A stretch of DNA of 64,000 bases from the human T2T-CHM13v2.0 reference genome, Homo sapiens. The position numbers were made by a program, and so were the translations under genes. Location: assembly GCF_009914755.1 (NCBI RefSeq), contig NC_060926.1, one strand, 5' to 3'. Shown here piece by piece: positions 43,981-55,812 of this stretch. The notes below the pieces were generated by a model, which did not search any database, was not told the origin of the DNA, and saw nothing but the letters and a program-made list of their open reading frames with translations. Position 1 is the stretch's first letter; every line of letters begins with the position of its first letter.

Positions 43981-44223
43981 TTTTTTTTTTTTTTTGACGG
44001 AGTCTCGCTCTGTCGCCCAGGCTGGAGTGTAGTGGCATGATCTCTGCTCACTACTCTGGGGACTACAGGTGCCCGCCACCACACCCAGCTAATTTTTTGT
44101 ATTTTAGTAGAGACGGGGTTTCACTGTGTTTGCCAGGGTGGTCTCAATCTCCTGACCTCGTGATCTGCCCACCTCGGCCTCCCAAAGTGCTGGGATTACA
44201 GGCGTGAGCCACCGTCCCCGGCC
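43981..44223 (-). mobile_element. AluY-like element with internal deletion
   Basis: CpG-rich, gacggagtctcgctctgtcgcccagg, TSD taaagcacagtc; roughly 50 nt missing between gctcact and gggactacagg. Confidence 0.92.
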
Positions 44224-46619
44224 TAAAGCACAGTCTTAATGTCACCCCAGATGACAATGAACTCAGAATTTAGCCATTTTTATTAGGAACAAATGGAAAA
44301 ACACCTTCTGGCATCTGTCTCCGTTTGTCACCTGAAAACTAGGGAAAACCGTGTTTGAAATAAAAATGTTAAGCAGTCTCTGGTGGTTTCCGTAGTGGGA
44401 TGTAACTGTTACAATGATAAATCGTTATTTTTCTGTGATACACATTTTTGTCTTGCCCTAGAAAGTGCAGCTCTGAAGCCTTGGTGCTGTCTGAACCCCT
44501 AAGGGTGTACCAATTCCTAAACAAAAAAGGAGAAAGGAGGCACTTTTATTAAATAAATTACATCCACTACTTTCCAGCTCTGTGCAGAATTGTCTCTTGC
44601 TTTTCTCATTCTCGAAGCTTGTGAGTACTTCTCATTATGCAGCAGGAAGTCCTCTTTCTGGTTCTTAATAAAGTGACTAATAATTTAGAATGTTCATATT
44701 AAGAGCAGGTTGTAATTATAATTAGAATATATAATAATGTGGATTTCTGCCTATTGGGGATTAATTTCAGACTCCTCTCAAGGATGTATTTGTTTTGAAA
44801 CAAGACTTTCTTTGTTAATAAAAACATGATCGCATGCATTATTAAAGCATTATTTCTGTATGTTATCCATTAGTGCTTGTTGCAGTATTCTTCCCGGGAT
44901 CAGCATTTTCCTCTCAGTTGTTAGTGGGGCTATTCTTTATATAAACTACATTCACCTTGGTTTAGCTTTAGCTTTGACATTCATCCTCTAGGAAATTACG
45001 GGAATATCCCTACCGCCTCCTCAAATGTGCATTACATTATGCAAGCTCAGATAAACAAAATGCCACAACATCAGCCAGTAGTCCTGTGTGAATCTAGGTA
45101 CTTTCCCCTTTTCACTCAACTAAATCCAAGATCATGAAGGACAAACCCGACTTGGGGTAGAACCAGAAGTTGTAAGACAACACTTCTCATTCTTTGACTG
45201 TTGGGTTTCTGCAGTGTTTTTCTGTTACTACTGGAGGTGGAGGCCTGGAGGGGAGGGGAAGAGTGGGAGGACCAGAGGTGCTAGTTGGCTGTGACACCTG
45301 TGTGCCTTCCTCTCCCCCAGTACCCATCTGCTGGTGTGTCTAACTTTAGAGAAGTCTCATGTGGCCCCACACAAGTGGCCTGAGGGAGGGAGGAAGGGAG
45401 GGAGGTAGGGAGGGAAGGAGCCCTGGGTGCCACTGCCCCTGCTTCTGGCCCCTGTCTTTGTCTAGCACCCGTTAAATGTGTGGGCAGTGGAAACCAGTGA
45501 GAAGGTCTGTTGCACCAAGAATAGGCAGATGGAATTCACTGCCAAATCCCAGTAGACCCAGCATCTTGGAGGTCCCAACATTGGGGAAGAGAAGGAATGT
45601 CCCCTGGCTTTGTTTTCTCTACTTCAGTCACACGGCCAAATCCTAGGCCTATGAGCAGTGCCTTTGGGAAAAAGGTGAACCTGGGAGTTGAGGGTCACCA
45701 TTTCAGAGAGTGTGTGATGGCTGGGAGCAGCCTGGGGAGTCGAGGGAGTCCAGGGACACTGGGTCTCTGATGCTTGAGGTCTGGAAATCCAGGAGCTGGC
45801 AGAATATGGAGGGACACGAAAGTGAGAACTCACCTTCTGACTATACTCACACACAAAATTGCTTTGAGGGAGAGCGACGAAGCTTGTGGCCAATTGGAAG
45901 TCGGAGGGAGGCGCCTGGTGAAATGGAGACCAGCAGAAGTAGGAGCATGGAGGTCCCTTGTGCTCACATCAAGGAGGGCTCTTAGACAAAAAAGATGAGA
46001 AGGAAATTTGACTGGATGGAAGCATCGTAGTATGTAAAAATCTGGCAGAGCATGCCACTTTGCCAAAGTGGATTTTAATTTCATGGCACATTGGCCAAGA
46101 GACATGGGAAGAGAAGGTTTAAGAACACAGACTGCCCAACATGCTAGTAGCTCTGTGAAAAGCTCTCCTCTGACATCCTGCAGGTTGTGCCCGTCGGTCT
46201 TCATGCTGGGGTTCCCTCCCCAAGCTTCTCCATCTCCCCAAGCCATGTAGTTGAACTTCAGGTTTGGGTCAGCTGGGCCCTAAGAAGACCCCAAATGCTG
46301 TTTTCTGAAGAAGTGCTGTCACACCCCTGAACTTGGGAGCTTGTCCCTGAAGAAAGCTGTCTTTAGAGACTTCACTGACTCACTCTCCTTTGAAGGAAGT
46401 GAGAAATTCTGAGGTGGTTTTTTATCACCAGTGACCTGAAGACTCTGTTGCCCTGGGGAGAGGGGGAAGAAAGGCAAAAGCAAAGTCTGACACCCGAATG
46501 ATGTGTGTTTTATGGAGGACTCTCAAGAACAGAAGTTAGTGGCTGTACTTGACCTAGATGCTAATGAAATGCCACCCTTTGAGCCCAGTCTAATGGCCAA
46601 CACACAGCCATCTGTGTAA

Positions 46620-47335
46620 TAATCACAGCCATCACAGCCATCTCCATCTATAGAAAATATTCTCTTTGCCAAAGACTCGCTAAATGCTTGGCCCTTGTAA
46701 TTTGTTTAATCTCCACAACAACCTTGCAAAGCCCACTGAGGAAACTGAGGCTCAGAGGGGTGAACAACTGCTTGGGGTCACACGCTAATAAGCTGTGGCG
46801 TTATGACTTTGCCCCGGGGCCAGTTAACCCTACAGCTTTCCCCAGACAGACAGTGGAGCTCCTCAACCCCATCCACCGCACTCTTTAAGAGGTTTCTTTC
46901 CCACAGATGAATCCCAGAGAATGGGGGTTCTGGTGTTCTTGAGTTTTTGAAAGTCTTTCTTTGTGCATTTATTTATGGTAAAGTTAGCATGTACTGCTTC
47001 CTACTACTCTTACTGGATTTGCCTCCGAACAATGCTTCTTGTTTTTTTCTATTTCACAGAGTTTCTGTGAGGATTAAATGAAATAACATGGGTGGAAGCC
47101 CTAGGACCGTATGGAGCAAAGGGAGCCAACATTCAGTGAGGGCTCAGCCTATCAGGCCCTGTGCAAAATATTAGGGACAGAGCAACTCTAATCCCCCACT
47201 AGGCAGTGAGGAAGGAACCACTGCCTTCTCAACTTTCATCTGAGGAAACCGAGGCACAGAGAGGTTAATGAGTTGTCTAAGGTCACACAGTTAAAAGAGG
47301 CAGAAGGAAGACTCAAATCCCAGCAGGCTGCTACC
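46620..47335 (-). mobile_element. MIR fragments (~46620-46830 and ~47190-47335)
   Basis: tgaggaaactgaggctcagag; tgaggaaaccgaggcacagagaggttaa...aaggtcacacag. Confidence 0.75.
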
Positions 47336-47434
47336 ATCTGCCCATGTTGCAGGGCTCCCAGTGCTCGTTGGAGCTGAATCTGGGAGCTCAGCATTTCTAA
47401 AGAAGCAAAATAAAATAAAAAATAAAATAAGCCC

Positions 47435-47477
47435 TTCCCACTTTTTAAATGTGTTTCCCACTTTTTAAATGTGTTTT
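47435..47477. repeat. 21-bp tandem duplication
   Basis: ttcccactttttaaatgtgtt repeated twice. Confidence 0.9.
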
Positions 47478-49524
47478 CGCTCCTTTGTTTCCCACTCTGT
47501 GATCAAAAAATTGTACATTGTATGATGGACTGCAGAGATCTGGTCTACAGCCCCTGTTCATTTAACTTCTAATATCTAAGTAGTTTCAAAATATGGTTAC
47601 ATTAGTACCAAAATTGATGGGCAAAAGTAACACCAAAAGTAAAAAAAGAAATTATTTGCACCAAGTATACTGTATTTGTGAGTTTTCCACTGGGAACAGG
47701 ATGGAGAATAAGACCTTCCAAACGGTGAATAAAAATAAAAGTATAGGAACTCTTGATTTATCATACACACTCTAGATATAATTTTGTATTTAAAAATATT
47801 ATTCCATACCACATATTGTAAAGTTAAATATGTTTGCAGTAAACATACATTTAAATTTAGGTTTTAAAGGACATGTTCTAATCTCACAAAACATTTAGCA
47901 AATAACCTTTGAGCTCACATGAGCCACCCACACAAAAACCAAAATGAACTATAGAAAAAAAACATAGAAAAAGCAACTGTCTGTTGACAACCAGATTTTC
48001 TTTCAGCTCTTTGAGTTTTTCTTCTATAAATAATCTGTATGTTTCAAATGTGGCCATCTTCTTTAAAGGTGCCTCCTGGCATGTTCTCATTTCAGTGTGT
48101 CTTAAAAACAAGAATTAAATGTGTAAATCATGGAAACTATTGAGTTTTTGGAGGGGAGATCTTTAAGATACATGCTTTTTAGATACCAAAAGTGTCAAAA
48201 TGAAGCATTAAGATGATGTATTATTTCTTCAATGCATCTGTTTATCTTTTGTGAAATCTCAAGTTTGATAAATCACCAGAGATAAAAACATCATTTTTAA
48301 CCTATCAGAGATCGCAAGTGCCAGGAGGAAAAATAGTGCTTTGTCTCCTCTTTATGAATTTACCTCTCTCTTTGCTTATGACTTATGAGATTTTATTTGC
48401 AGAGAAAACATAATGCTCTATTAACTTGAAAATGATGGCTTTTACTCGAAACATGAGAACCAAAAAGAAAAAAAAAAAAGGCAGCGTTTATCCTCTGAGA
48501 TACAATCGTTTAACAAGTTTTGATATCTACTTAAAGTGGCACAGAATGTTAGAGGGGGAATATGTTAACAAGGTAATTAAAAGTGAGGTTTTCACCAGTA
48601 TTTCACCTTTGTCTACTGACACGTAGAATCTCAGCTCTGGCTTATCAAAGCAGATATTGAATACTTTTGAATTTTTATATAACATTAGTGTAAGTAGAGA
48701 TTGCTGGCCCCTATCTCTTGTGATTCTTTTTTGCCCCTGAAAATCACTCAGAAGTTCTCCCTTCATTGGCCACCTGGAAAATAAGAGAATTCTCGTAGAT
48801 TTTTATAACTATGGGTGAAAATTCTTCTGTGTCCAGGAGTGCAGCAACAAAGGACTTTGCAGTAGAGCTGGCTTCTGACCAGTTCTTTCTGTGAGCTAGA
48901 AGATTAAAGTGCACGAATCATGCAAGTAGGTTAGTCTGGAAAACATAACACAGCAGAAAAAAATGGCTTTCAAAAATGTTCAGAACAGCTGTTTCTCAGT
49001 ATGTAAACCAGCTTCTTGGTGCAGTGGATATCAGAGTTCCTTGCCTTGTGCATATTTTATCATTCTTCGATCCTGAGCAGTTTAAGACAAAATAAATTTT
49101 ATGCAAACCCATTCCAGGCCATGGGCATGCAGTTGAGTTTTTCTAGCAATTGTGCTATTTTAAGGAGACACCCAGGTTCTGCCCTAACACCAGAGGTGCC
49201 TAAGGTCGCAGCTGCTCAGGACCTGTGGCAGCTGTGAGCAGCTGAGCTCAGTTTGCTCTGTTCTTTCTTCTTGCAAGAATCACACAGACCATGTTGGTCC
49301 TATGGAATAGAATCACAATATTGCCTCAGACCATAGGACCAATACAGCAGAAGGTCCTGAGAAGCTGCGGCTTGCTCCATCTCTCAGCCTCCTACTGCTG
49401 CATGAAAAATAAACCTTGTAACTATGGAGCTGCCCCTCCTGAATCTGACATCTACTCAGTTATCCTTCGGAAACAATCCTGATGTGGAGCACCCTTCCTC
49501 ATTCCCTTATCCACCCTTCTCGCC

Positions 49525-50000
49525 CCATATTTGTTGAAGTCCTGCCTTGTGCCAAGGACTGTGTTACACTCCAGGAATAAAAGGTCCAGTATGAAACAGC
49601 CCCTGCTCCCAAGGAGCACTGGTGAGAACTGAGATGAGAGCCCCCATAGACTAGGAGCCCTGAGAGAACACGGAAGAGACACAAGCTGGGCAGGGGGTGC
49701 AGGGTCCACGCGGCTCCCCACGAAGTTCCAGTGAGGCAAGCAGCATTTGAGACTTTGCCTTTTGAAGGGCAGGTAGAATTTAGCTATCTGGAAGGTGGAA
49801 AGGACATTCCGAGCAGATGGAAGAACCAGGAGGGAGGCATGAAGTGCGTGGATGACTTGGGAAAGTGCTTGTGGCTTGGTGTGGTCGGGGTGTAGGGCCA
49901 ATGTGAGGGTGAACAGCAGGGTCCCACAGGGCCTGAGTGCCAAGGCCCGTAGCTGTCATTGTCAACTCCCACTGTCAGTGGGGAGTCTTGGAAAAAGCTT
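49525..50000 (-). mobile_element. L2 3' fragment
   Basis: atatttgttgaagtcctgccttgtgccaaggactgtg...cccctgctcccaaggagc...gaaaggacattccgagcagatggaa. Confidence 0.6.
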
Positions 50001-51294
50001 TGGGAAGATTTCTTCAGGTGTGGAGGTGAACAGCTCTGAGGACAGGAACTGAGGAGCAACAGCAGCAGGCCTGCGTGGAGGGGTGGGTTCTGGAGGTGCG
50101 AGGGCAAAGGGGCCTGGAGGGCCTCCAGGTGGAGGGTGAGCTATGAGGAAAAGCCAAGGGCTTCTTCTGGGCACCAAGGTGGAGAGGAGAGAACTGGGTC
50201 CAACTCAGCTTGGACGTGTGGCGCATGCATGACCTGGGGCCACACATGCAGATGCCGAGACAGGCGCGTGGCAGAGAGGACTGCAGGGCCTCGTAACATC
50301 CAGGTCCTGAGCCTGAGCACTATATTAAATGGGAGGGCGAATCGCTGCAAGGTGGAAAACAGGATCAATGCCACGCATGAGGCAATTGCAGCTGTCCTAT
50401 CCATTATCTTCCCAATTTAAGTGTGACACTGGAGTCCACAGTGTTTGTTTCCCAAAATTGGCTGACTCTTGTTCCGCTGATGGGACAGTGGTGGTTGTGA
50501 TGGCCTCCAGCTGAGCGTTAGTGTCAAAGTTGTCCTTCCATGCAGGTGAAGGGGGATCTGCAGGTGGGACAGAGCCGGGCCATGGGGAGGCTCACACTGG
50601 CTGCTGGAGATGACACTGGGGAAAAGATGTGGTGACAGTGGCTGCCGCCTCTGGCTGCCCCCGGCTCTACACCTTGCTCTTGGCTAAGACTGGAGCAGGC
50701 CCCAGGAAGCAGCCTTTGGCCATGGTGAGCCAAGGCCATGTCAAATAGGGGACAGCGTGCCACTGTCCACCTGGGGGAGGGCAGCCCCCTGCACACAGGG
50801 AGTCCGTGGGCTCCAGAAGGGGTCCAGATGAGCTGTGCCGTCATCTCTTCCTGAGTGAATGGTGCATTTGCCCCAAGCTGAAAGGGCTCTGCCATTCAGG
50901 AAAGCAGGTGACCACTGTGCTCTGTCTCCCGACTTTGTGCCTGAGCCAAAGACTACAGATTGTTCCCTTAGCAACCAGCAGAGAGCCCTAAGAAGGAGGA
51001 TGAATGTCTCGGGTTTGCAATGCCCCCCATGTGGAGAGAGGGCAGCTGCTTTTCTCCCTGAGCCCAGAACACGGCAGGCAGGTTGGGCTCCTTCAGGCCC
51101 CCCAGCCCCTTTGGGAACTGCTCACATCTAGGATTTTGCAACCAGTTCTCCACATTTCACTCCCATGGTGCAGTCTAGAATAAAGACTTCTAAGATGTCA
51201 GTCAGCCCCCATTACGTTCCCATCCCTGGGACTGGCCAAACTGGCATTTTGCCTGCCTAGGGAAATACAGTCTTAGTCTTAGTCTTAGTATAGA

Positions 51295-52090
51295 CTCACT
51301 TAGTTTATTTGCTTAGAAGGTTTTCAGTACCTCCTATTTGCCAGACTTAGGACTCAGATTATCAGAACAATGTGACGCTTTTCAATCCAGCAGAGGGAAT
51401 AGGATGTGAACACAGCGCCCACACACACATGGAGCAGGAGAGCCTGTGAGAGGTGCAGGCTCCCTGCACGGCCACAGGCTCCCACGTGGTGTCACAGAAG
51501 ACCCATTGGTGCTGGGTCTTGAAACATGCATAGGTTCCCGAAGGTGGGGACGTGGCTCTGCAGGATGGGAAGAAGCCATAGAGTGGACAGAAGTGGAGGT
51601 GGCAGAGTGAAGGGCTTGAACAGGGAATGACAAGGGGCCTGCCTTATCAGGAGGAAGGTGTTTGGGAGAAAGGCCAAGAAACAATATTGAGAGAATGAGC
51701 CTGGAAAAGTGGGCCAGGGTGGGTCGTGAGGTGTGCTGGATGCTACATCATGGAGCTTAGCCTCTGCTGGGCAGCAGTAGCTGGCCAAGGAAGGGAAGGA
51801 GTTGGAGAGTGACCATCACACCAGGACTCCCTGGAGGGAAAGTTTCCTGGCTTCGGGGGATGCGGTGCTTTGGAGAAAGAGACCCCAGAGTGGAGCTGGA
51901 TGGAGGATGGAGACCAAAACAAGTGGATGTGACCAGCAAGCCAGAGGACAAAGATCTGCAAAGAGGTCGTGGCAGTGGGGGTCGAAAGGAGGGTTGGCAT
52001 TGGAGGAGCAGTGGCCCATTGCCATCCTGGAGGAAGCTGTCCCTTGGGAAGCGCTGAGATCCCAGTGTTCGGAGCAGAAAACATGTTGAG
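51295..52090 (-). mobile_element. Highly decayed L2 fragment
   Basis: Purine-rich with L2-like antisense motifs (cagtacctcctatttgccag, gccttatcaggaggaaggtg). Confidence 0.4.
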
Positions 52091-52999
52091 ACTTAGTTGT
52101 AGACCAAGAGCTTGTCTGCCAGAGAAGAGATGCATGCTGGCTCCTGTGGGCTTTCAGTTGTGGGGCCAGAGAAAAGGAGGGCCACATGTGTCATGCTCTG
52201 CCGCTCTCTGGAACAGAGGTGCTTTCTGACAGGGCAGGCTGGGGGACAGTGAGCAGGGCCCTCACCCTCTCGTGGAGGTCCCCCGAGGGCCAGCTCCACA
52301 CCCCCCACCACATCTCAACGTGCAGGAGACTGGCTGCACCATGACTGCTGGTTGCGAAGAAGTTAAAGGCCCCTGTCAACCCTCCGTGTTGATTCTGAAA
52401 ACAAAGCCAGAGTTCTTTCTGCAAAACGAAGCCTTTTTGTTTCTCTCTCTCTCTTTCAACATTTCCCTGTTGTGTTATGAAAAAGAGGTGGGTGGGGGAC
52501 TTCAGAAGCTGTCTGGAGTGGCAGACAGCTCTGCAGGATGAGCTGAGAGTGCCGCAGTCACACACAGGTGGGAGGAGAGGGCTGAGGGACAGTGGGCGCA
52601 GTGTCCCACCTCGTGGTGCGGTCAGTGGAGAAGGAGTCATCGATAAGGGGCCCCTGGCCAGGAGCCTCAGATATGGCTGCTGGGGAGCTTGACCCTCAAG
52701 GCTCTCAAGGAGAGGCTGGTGAGGAGACGTGGGGCCCTCTACTTCTGGTGCCAGGGAAGCCTCAGTAAGGGAGGTCGCTGCCTCTAGAGAAGGCTGCCTG
52801 GTTCCCAGCAATGCTCAGCCATCAAACTCCTCCAGAGGAGCTGTCCATGGAGGGGTAGGTGTCAGCCCCCATATTTCTGCCACGACTAAGAGGAAGCTGG
52901 CTTCCTCATCTTCACTGTAGGTATCTGAGATGAGAGCCACATTTCCCTACCAGACTGAAGCTCAGCTGGTGCAATCTCCTCTTTCCAGGGACCTGGTAT

Positions 53000-53547
53000 T
53001 TTAGTGCCAGGTCTTCCTTCCCTACCAGGAAGGAGCCTGCCCCTCCTATGTGGGGCCCAGGGCAGAATTACAAAGCAAGCTTACAACATGTTGAAGAAAA
53101 TCTACTCTGCCCTCCTGCCCTGACAAATGTAGCTTTGTTCATCCAGAAGGCCAGATTCGAATTTAGAATGCCCAGGCTCCTAGCAGTTATGTGAACTCTG
53201 CAGCATGGTGAGAAGCAGCCCTTTGGCCCACCTCTCTCTCATTGCACCTCCAGGTCTACCCTACACTGTGCAGATCATCTGGTCTAGACACTCAAGGTCT
53301 GTCCACATCCCTGCAATCAGCTGCCCCTTGGCTACCCCATGGGTCTAGAGTGGACACGGCAGTGGTGTGGTTCCCCAGTAGCAACACATCGCAGAAAAGA
53401 GGCTTAAGGTATTTGGGTCAGGAAACAAGAGAACTGGTCCCTGGAGGAGTGGGTGCAAGTTCCAGGTGGGCAGTACCCATAGCCCCATGGGCAGGGCCCT
53501 CTAAAGCTTAGCCACAGGGGCAGGGCCCCTATTATCGAGGGCCCTGG
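53000..53547. mobile_element. hAT-Tip100 DNA transposon relic (MER115-like)
   Basis: gaaggccagattcgaatttagaat and gggccctctaaagc...ggggcagggcccct motifs; family name from memory. Confidence 0.45.
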
Positions 53548-54465
53548 CGCAAAGATTGCGAGAGAAGCTGAAAGAACATTCTGAGATGGGATTTCTGAGC
53601 ACTGAAGCCCCAGGTGCAGGTTATAGGTCAGGGTCAACTGTACCTGCTAACTTAGTGACAGGTGCCCAATCTGACCAGCAATATTTCAAGAGGAAAATCA
53701 GTACAATGGTATTGTGGGTTTGCTTTGTTTTGTCTTCCCCCTTATTCGAAACAGCATATTATAATGAAATTTATTCTAGGTGCAACCATTTCCTTGGGTG
53801 TTAGGTATCTCCCATTTTGTAAGGTTCTACCTTACAGCAATGACTGCAGGGGATGAGGCCATTGTAGATCATTTACTGCCGACCATTGCAGCAGAGGAAA
53901 CCTGTTTCATGCTGCTCCATATTTTTTTCTCCCAAATGACCATTGTTTACTTGAATCAGGTGTTTATTTCCCTATGCTTCCTCTCCTTGATCCCCAACCT
54001 CAAAGCCACTTGTTATCTAAAAGTCTCTGGTTCTCCCTTCTTTTGTCACACAAAGGTGGAAAAGTCCAACCAAGGAGAACTTAACTCTACTCAGACAGGT
54101 GGAAGCCTCAGCCTCCCACTACTGACATGAACAGTACTGGGACACTTAGGCGCAGTTGAGACATGTTGAAGCAAGAAAGTGATTCCGCCAAGAGTCCCTT
54201 AGGGAGACTCATGCCCCAGGGAGACTTTGCATTTTGTTGGCACTAGTTTGGCTGTGTATCTTATTTTCATTAGGCAGTCGATCCCTTGAATCAGCAACAA
54301 AGGTAGAAGAAAGTAGATACGACAACTGCTTTCATTTTGAGGTTTTTTCCTCCTATTTAAAAGTTGGGGAGGAAGAAGGGAGGGGTCATGAAATGTCAAC
54401 TTGTCATGAGGCTTCTCTTGCAAGTTGTCACTGAATCAGCTGTCAGGGAAAGTGGCCGCACAGAC

Positions 54466-54667
54466 CTGTTCTCATAGTGAGTGAGTTCTCATGAGATCTG
54501 ATGGTTTTATAAGGGGCTTTTCCCCCTTTTGCTCAGCACTGCTTCGTGCCGCCACGTGAAGGACGTGTTTGCTTCCCCTTCTGCCATGATTGTAAGTTTC
54601 CTGAGGCCTCCCCAACCCTGCAGAACTGTGTCAATTAAACCTCTTTCCTTTATAAATTACCCACTCT
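54466..54667 (+). mobile_element. THE1 (C/D-like) LTR internal fragment lacking both termini
   Basis: gagttctcatgagatctgatggttttataagggg...tgtaagtttcctgaggcctcccc...ttataaattaccca. Confidence 0.9.
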
Positions 54668-55239
54668 TTATGAAAACCTAATGGTTTTCACCCCCTCTTC
54701 TCTTTTGGGATTTGGTAGAAATGAGAGTGGGGTGAGGGGAGAGAGAAACCTGCACTGGCATAGTAGCCTGTGTCACACTGACATCTGGGGTGAGGGGAAA
54801 AAGCCGAGACATAGGTGCATGCTGCTTTTGTTGGGCCTCTGTTCTGAAGGTTGGTTTTTGTCATCTGTGTAGAAAGGGCTGTAGGCTGCTAGCCCCATAA
54901 AACTCAGCCAGCCCACGAAGGGCACTGGACTGAAGTGTGGCCTTGTGTTCCTACACGTGCACTTCAGTCCAGTTCCACAAAACGGGGTCATGGCTGTGGG
55001 CATGCTGGACATCATGGGGACAGGACAGAGTCTGGGATAGGATCCAAGCCCATCTCCTGCACCCTCTCCTGAGGCCAGGGCAGCCCGGACATCTAAACAC
55101 TAGAGACTGATTGGGAAGGAAAAACTCCATGTGTCATGTGTCACATCAAGGCATCGAACAGGGAACAGGGGAGACTTAGAGAAATCTTTGTACAGGAACC
55201 TAAGATGGAGTGCAGACTCACTGCCAGCACCGTTTCTTT

Positions 55240-55400
55240 ACACACAGCCTCACACCTGCTCCAGCAAGTGGGCTCCGGGCTCCACACGTCACTGATGAGG
55301 AAGCGAGGCTCAGCAAGGCTGTGTGACTTGTCTAAGGACACACAGCTGGAAGTGGCAGAGGGAAGATTTAAAGTCAGGTCTGTCTGATGCCAAACCTGTG
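55240..55400 (-). mobile_element. MIR
   Basis: gatgaggaagcgaggctcag...gtgacttgtctaaggacacacagctggaagtggcagag. Confidence 0.75.
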
Positions 55401-55438
55401 TTGAGACTACTCCCCATGCTGGCCCTGGAGAAGGGTGG

Positions 55439-55812
55439 TATATTAGTTCTTTCTCATGCTGCTAATAAAGACATACCCAAGACTGGGTAATTTATGAAGG
55501 AAAGAGGTTTAATTGACTCACAGTTCTGCAGGGTTGGGGAGGCCTCAAGAAACTTACAATCATGGCAGAAAGGGAAGCAAACACGTCCTTCTTCACATGG
55601 TGGCAGGAAGGAAAAGTGCCGAGCAAAAGGGGGAAATGCCCTGTATAAAACCATCAGATCTCATGAGAACTCACTATCATGAGAACAGTATGGAGGGTAA
55701 CCACCCCCATGATTCATTTACCTCCCACTGTGTCCCCTCCCGTGACATGCGGAGATTATGGGAGCTACAATTCAAGATGAGATTTGAGTGGGGATACAAC
55801 CAAACCATATCA
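55439..55812 (-). mobile_element. THE1 (C/D-like) solo LTR, full length
   Basis: tattagtt...caaaccatatca termini; 5-bp TSD GGTGG. Confidence 0.95.

Noticed and set aside
52191-52811. 206-aa ORF on - strand
   Set aside because: No homology recognised; composition typical of GC-rich non-coding DNA
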